Below, piece by piece: positions 59,404 to 64,000 of a stretch of DNA of 64,000 nt. Source of the DNA: Spirochaetia bacterium (lineage in GTDB: Bacteria > Spirochaetota > Spirochaetia > SZUA-6 > Bin103). Under the pieces are notes generated by a model. It had not been told where the DNA came from, ran no database searches, and saw only the letters and a list, made by a program, of their open reading frames with translations. Each line of letters opens with the position of its first letter. The first letter of the stretch is position 1. The DNA lies in assembly GCA_965203905.1 (NCBI GenBank), contig CBDBDQ010000005.1, positions 6,560,001-6,624,000 on the forward strand, read 5' to 3'. The position numbers and the translations under genes are program-made.

Positions 59404-59544
59404 CGTCGTCTCCTCGGATCATGGTCGGGCCGCCACTCGTCACCGGCAGATGGCGCCGCCGCGGTCACAGCCCCCTGACCGCTCTACCGTATGGGAGTCG
59501 GGACGTACCGACAAGGGTCGGCGCTGGCCCAGTTGCGGGAGCGG

Positions 59545-59760
59545 GACTACGCGGCGAAGTACAGATACGCCCCCGATATGGATCGATGTTGAACGACCGA
59601 GGACTTGCCGGGACCGGAAAGTGCCCGAACGGGCTGAGCGCTCCATCGGCAGCGATCGTGAATCCCACGATGCTGTCGTGGCCACGATTGGACGCATACG
59701 CCCAGCGGCCGTTCGGATGCACCTCCACGTGGGCGGTAGCCCCGCCTTGTGCATAGTCCG
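59545..59760 (-). pseudogene. 6-phosphogluconolactonase (lactonase beta-propeller) fragment
   Basis: VHPNGRWAYASNRGHDSI..PRSFNIDP. Confidence 0.7.
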
Positions 59761-59774
59761 AAGGCAGGGTCGAG

Positions 59775-59880
59775 ACATTCTGGAAGATCGAGTTGGCGAA
59801 GTCAGCCTGCGGGAAGCCGCCGAGCTACTCGGTCTGGCCCCGGTGCGACGCCTCGACCGACTTGCCATACTGGGCACGGC
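59775..59880 (+). pseudogene. UPF0175-like antitoxin fragment
   Basis: GEVSLREAAELLGL..LDRLAILG. Confidence 0.4.
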
Positions 59881-59959
59881 CCCTGCTTTCCGGTCGGGGC
59901 CAAGGTGACGCCCCGCGAGGGTCTGTGCTAACCTGACTACACAGTCGGGACCGCATGCT

Positions 59960-61381
59960 ATGCTAACTCGCCTTGAAGCGGACGGATTCAAGAATCTCAT
60001 CGACTTTGCGGTCGATTTCGGCCCTTATACCTGTATCGCCGGGCCGAACGGGGTCGGCAAGTCCAATGTCTTCGACGCAATTCACTTTCTTTCCCTGCTA
60101 GCAGATCTTTCCATTCTCGAAGCTGCGCTGCAAGTGCGTTCTCGAACGGGCAGCACCGCTCGCCTGGACGATCTGTTTTTTCGCAGCGATGCGGTGCATC
60201 ACGATAAGTTCAAGATCGCTGCCGAAATGCTGGTGGACCAGCGGGTGATCGATGACTTCGGACGTCCGGGCCAAGCCACCTCCACGTTCTTGCGGTACGA
60301 GATCGAAATTGGCCGAAGAACGGGAGCCGCCAGCGCCGACGGTCTCACTTCCGACTTGGAACTCCGTTCGGAATCGCTTCAGTTGGTGCGCCAGGGAGAT
60401 GCCGGAAAGAGACTACGATTCCCTCACTCCAAGTCCAGATTTCGAGACTCGGCGGTCAGGAATCGGCGGTTCGCCAGGACTGGTTACATCTCTACGGAGT
60501 GGTCGGATAGCGGCACGCCCGAGATCATCGTTCACCAGGACGGTGGTGCAAGGGGCCCCGGGCAGCGAGCACCGGCACTTACCGCGCCCAGAACGATCGT
60601 AAGCACTACCAGCACGATAGCGACTCCGACCATCCTGGCCGCCCGCCGCGAAATGCAGAAGTGGAGGTTGCTTGCCCTCGAGCCAAGTGCAATGCGACGC
60701 CCGGATCGTCTCGGAAGAGATCCCACCTCGGTGTCTGACAACGGCGCTCATCTTGCGGGAGCACTTAATCGATTGAAGCGGCTGGATGGGGAACATGGCG
60801 ACGTAGCCGGGCGTATCTCGGCGAGACTGGCAGAATTCGTGCCCGTAACCAGCGTCGATGTGGTACGAGACGAGGTCCGTGAGCTACTCAGTTTGTCGAT
60901 CACCGAGACGACCGGTCAGCGCTTCTCGGCGAGCGCCGTGTCCGACGGTACCCTACGCTTCCTTGCCCTCGCCATCCTGGCGGAAGATCCCGAGGCCGGG
61001 GGCGTGCTGTGCATCGAAGAACCGGAGAACGGCATCCATCCTGAGCGATTACCGTCCATGGAAGGACTCATGCGGGACTTGGCCGTCGATACCGACAGCC
61101 CGATCGGAGACGGCAACGTCATGCGCCAGCTCATTCTCGCAACTCACTCCCCCTATCTACTTCAGCTTCAGGAGCCCGCTGACATATTGATTGCGAAAGA
61201 GACGATGCTGCGATACGGCGAAGCCACGGTACCCTGTTTTCGATGCTACCCTCTGGCAAAGACGTGGCGTGCGGACGAGAGCAGAGGGGCAGTGCTTGGT
61301 CTTTCGATGATGTACGACTACCTGCAACCTCCCGAGGGAGCGAAACTACGAATGCCATTTGAACTGTCTTCCGCTCCGTGA
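59960..61381 (+). CDS. ABC-type ATPase (AAA_21/AAA_15-like, defence-associated class)
   Basis: GFKN, GPNGVGKS, VSDGT, IEEPENGIHP, THS. Confidence 0.9.
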   Translation: MLTRLEADGFKNLIDFAVDFGPYTCIAGPNGVGKSNVFDAIHFLSLLADLSILEAALQVRSRTGSTARLDDLFFRSDAVHHDKFKIAAEMLVDQRVIDDFGRPGQATSTFLRYEIEIGRRTGAASADGLTSDLELRSESLQLVRQGDAGKRLRFPHSKSRFRDSAVRNRRFARTGYISTEWSDSGTPEIIVHQDGGARGPGQRAPALTAPRTIVSTTSTIATPTILAARREMQKWRLLALEPSAMRRPDRLGRDPTSVSDNGAHLAGALNRLKRLDGEHGDVAGRISARLAEFVPVTSVDVVRDEVRELLSLSITETTGQRFSASAVSDGTLRFLALAILAEDPEAGGVLCIEEPENGIHPERLPSMEGLMRDLAVDTDSPIGDGNVMRQLILATHSPYLLQLQEPADILIAKETMLRYGEATVPCFRCYPLAKTWRADESRGAVLGLSMMYDYLQPPEGAKLRMPFELSSAP

Positions 61382-61760
61382 CTTATCGAATCGTCCGTTT
61401 CGCGCTGCTGTGCGAAGGTACTTCAGACCGTCCTCTCGTAGCGCATCTTCGACGCCTGCTGTCCTCATGCGGCGCGACTGAAGCTGTAGGATCCGCCATC
61501 CCACTTAGCTCGATACGAAGGCCTAGGGATCATCGCGGTTCGGCGCTTTCTCGAAAGATCCAGATCGCACTAACGACGGAATCTGAACTCGATCTGTTGT
61601 TCGTTCATCGCGACGCAAATTCTGCCGGATATGAAGCCAGAGTCGGAGAAATCAGGGAAGCCATTGGTAATGTTGGCCGATCGATCGACTGGATCCCTAT
61701 CGTTCCCGGTAGAGCGACCGAGGCATGGCTCCTGCTCGACGAAGACGCGATTCGAAGAGC
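61378..61760 (+). pseudogene. DUF4276/TOPRIM-like partner, apparently truncated
   Basis: LLCEGTSD, FVHRDA, PIVP..TEAWLLLD; similarity lost after AIRRA; GTGA overlap with the ATPase. Confidence 0.65.
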
Positions 61761-62560
61761 CCGTTGCCCGGCGGCTGGCCACCCCAGGACGAGAAGGTCG
61801 CGTGGCGCGTCTGCGTCCCGACGGTCAGCGCCACCCGCGGACTGCCGGTTGCCCTCACCGCCCGGTCGAACCGCACCTCTACCTGGACTCGCTCCCCCGT
61901 TCGTTACGTGCCACCCCGGGCCGGGTAGTCGTGGAACGTGACCGCTGAGATCGCGGGCGCGACATCTTCGGCATAGGCGGCGGTTGCCATCGCTACGAAC
62001 ACCGGCAGGCAGGAGATGCCGATCTGGTTGCTTTCAGCCCGGAGTATGCGCTTCGCACTCATATTCCCAGCTTACCGGATGGTCGCGCCGCGGCAAGCGC
62101 TGTCTGAAGATCATCAGGACGCCAGATCAGTCGGCCCGTTCGCTTCCTCGGATTGCGGCTACCCGGATGCGGGAGGCGAAGCCCGCGGGGACGGGGCGAT
62201 CAGCCCGAGCGGTTAGTGATCCGAGTGATCCATGGGAAGTATGAAAGTGCTTGGGGGGGATGTAAGCAACTGCGTCAACTGGTGACGGCGTTGAACGCCA
62301 TGTTTCGACTGTCGTCGGCATGAGCCAAGAATCCTTTAACGCCCCATCGTGTACCGCCCGCCGCACACTGTCAAACTCACGTTTTCTTCTTCGACGTCTT
62401 CGGTCCTGGCGGTTCTGGAACGGCCGGGCGGCTGACCTCGCGCGCAGCCGGACAAAGCGTTACTCCGTGCCCCCGTGGACCCGGCATGCTCGCCGTGGCA
62501 GCGAAACTGGCGGGCTCCGCGTAAGCGTCGGAGTTCGGGTCAGATCGCTCGGGTCGCAGC

Positions 62561-63475
62561 TCAGTAGGTGGCGGAATCGGCGCCGAGACGCGCACCACTA
62601 CCCCTGAGCCTGGGGTCGAGCAGGTCGCGCATGGCATCGCCGAACATGTTGAGCACGTACACGACCACTGTCAGGCACAGACCGGGCCACAGCGCCAGCC
62701 ATGGGGCCACCTCCATGTGGGTACGCCCGTCTCGGCTGAGCATCCCTCCCCAGCTCGGAATCTGGGCGGGCAGACCGAAGCCCAGGAAGCTCAGGGACGC
62801 CTCAGCCATGATCACCCCGCCGACGTTGATACTGAAGATGACGATGACCGGGGCGGCAATGTTGGGCAGGACATGCCGGATGAGTGTTCTCCACCTGGTG
62901 CTGCCACTCGCCTCCGCCGCCTGAAAATACACCCCCTCCTTCACACCGATCACCGCGCTGCGCAGCACCCGCGAGCCGGCGATGCCACCCGATACCCCCA
63001 GAACGAGGATGATCTGCGGCAACCCCGGGCCGGTTATGGACATTACGGTGAGGAGGATGAGCAGTCCGGGGAAAGCCATCCAGGCATCGACGAACCTCTG
63101 CATCACCAGGTCGAACTTGCCACCAAGAAATCCTGAAGTGCCGCCCACCAGGAACGCGACCACGACGTTGACCGTGGTCGCCGCCAGCCCGACTCCCAAC
63201 GAGAGACGAGCCGCGAAGATGAGGCGACTCAAGAAGTCTCGGCCGAGCTGGTCGGTACCCAGCAGATACTTGGCCGATGGGGCCTGCAGCCGGTCTACCA
63301 GGTGTTGTTCATCCATGGGATAGGGGGCCAGCACGTCGGCAAAGATGCTGACGAGAATCAACAGCAATACCACGATCCCGCTGGCAGTACCCAACGGCTT
63401 CTCCCTGACCAGCCTGACGAAGAAATCGGCCAGCCCGGCATGTCGCGTGCGGTCACGCACGGTGGAACGCCTCAT
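62561..63475 (-). CDS. ABC permease (DppC-like)
   Basis: LGTDQLGRD, EASLSFLG, GDAMRDLLDP. Confidence 0.92.
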   Translation of the reverse strand: MRRSTVRDRTRHAGLADFFVRLVREKPLGTASGIVVLLLILVSIFADVLAPYPMDEQHLVDRLQAPSAKYLLGTDQLGRDFLSRLIFAARLSLGVGLAATTVNVVVAFLVGGTSGFLGGKFDLVMQRFVDAWMAFPGLLILLTVMSITGPGLPQIILVLGVSGGIAGSRVLRSAVIGVKEGVYFQAAEASGSTRWRTLIRHVLPNIAAPVIVIFSINVGGVIMAEASLSFLGFGLPAQIPSWGGMLSRDGRTHMEVAPWLALWPGLCLTVVVYVLNMFGDAMRDLLDPRLRGSGARLGADSATY

Positions 63476-64000
63476 CGATACCGCACCCGCGGGTCCAGAT
63501 AGGGATAGAGCAGGTCGATGAACAGATTGCTCAACAGAACGACAGTGGCGAACACCAGATTGACTCCCGAGACCATCGGGTAGTCTCGCTCGGTGAGTGC
63601 ACTCACCAGGAGACCTCCCAACCCCGGCAGGTTGAAGATGCTCTCCATGATGACCGAGCCACCGACCAGGATGGGCAACTGCATGCCGACCAGCGTAACC
63701 ATCGGGATGAGGGCATTCTTGACCGCGTGGCGCATGATGACCACCCCGTCCTTGAGGCCTTTCGACCGGGCAGTCCTGATATAGTCCTGCCTGAGCACCT
63801 CCAGCATCATGGTGCGCGTCATCCGCATCATGCCGGCGGACAGGGCCGTCCCGAGAATGACGCTGGGAATGATGAGAATCCCGAGATTCCGCAGCGGGTC
63901 TTCGGCGAGAGAAATGAATTGCAGCGGGGGCGCCCAGCCCCACCAGATTGCGGGAAAGATCATGACCATGATGCCGAGCCAGAAGTTGGGCGTTGCCATG
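63472..64000 (-). CDS. ABC permease (DppB-like), 3' part only
   Basis: QDYIRTARSKGL, LDPRVR. Confidence 0.9.
   Translation of the reverse strand, partial: MATPNFWLGIMVMIFPAIWWGWAPPLQFISLAEDPLRNLGILIIPSVILGTALSAGMMRMTRTMMLEVLRQDYIRTARSKGLKDGVVIMRHAVKNALIPMVTLVGMQLPILVGGSVIMESIFNLPGLGGLLVSALTERDYPMVSGVNLVFATVVLLSNLFIDLLYPYLDPRVRYR

Noticed and set aside
7405-61760. Integron cassette array explaining the scattered modules
   Set aside because: No integrase, no recurring attC-like hairpins, mixed orientations, and the modules carry their own promoters.

Overview
Very GC-rich (about 70% by eye) bacterial DNA with no rRNA, tRNA, CRISPR array or intact transposase/integrase that I can see. The backbone is catabolic: four long sulfatase-family genes (one split by a stop) plus a remnant, a BNR/sialidase-like gene, three PhyH-type dioxygenases, hydantoinase/oxoprolinase A+B, oxidoreductases, a PfkB kinase, an MFS and six ABC importer clusters with no ATPase subunit in the window. 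The '...WGAGEEE/WATGAEE' binding-protein leaders and gene content resemble high-GC host-associated Spirochaetota such as sponge symbionts (inference only). Every few kb the backbone is interrupted by lower-GC toxin-antitoxin or defence-like modules: Phd-VapC, HicAB, Xre-RES, GmrSD (DUF262-DUF1524), RelE-XRE, AAA_14-DUF4143, Uma2, a solo AAA ATPase and an ABC ATPase-DUF4276 pair. Many of these are broken or are stubs. The best candidates for uncharacterised systems are (i) a translationally coupled STAND-like ATPase plus a degenerate-NTPase/TPR protein with a 123-bp tandem array (51628-55006), (ii) a coiled-coil/2TM plus beta-rich gene pair next to GmrSD (33822-34643), and (iii) a sulfatase-fold gene with Thr at the formylglycine position. 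A DUF6062 gene interleaved with colinear antisense sulfatase fragments, and several single-base frameshifts, suggest that some lesions are assembly or consensus artefacts.
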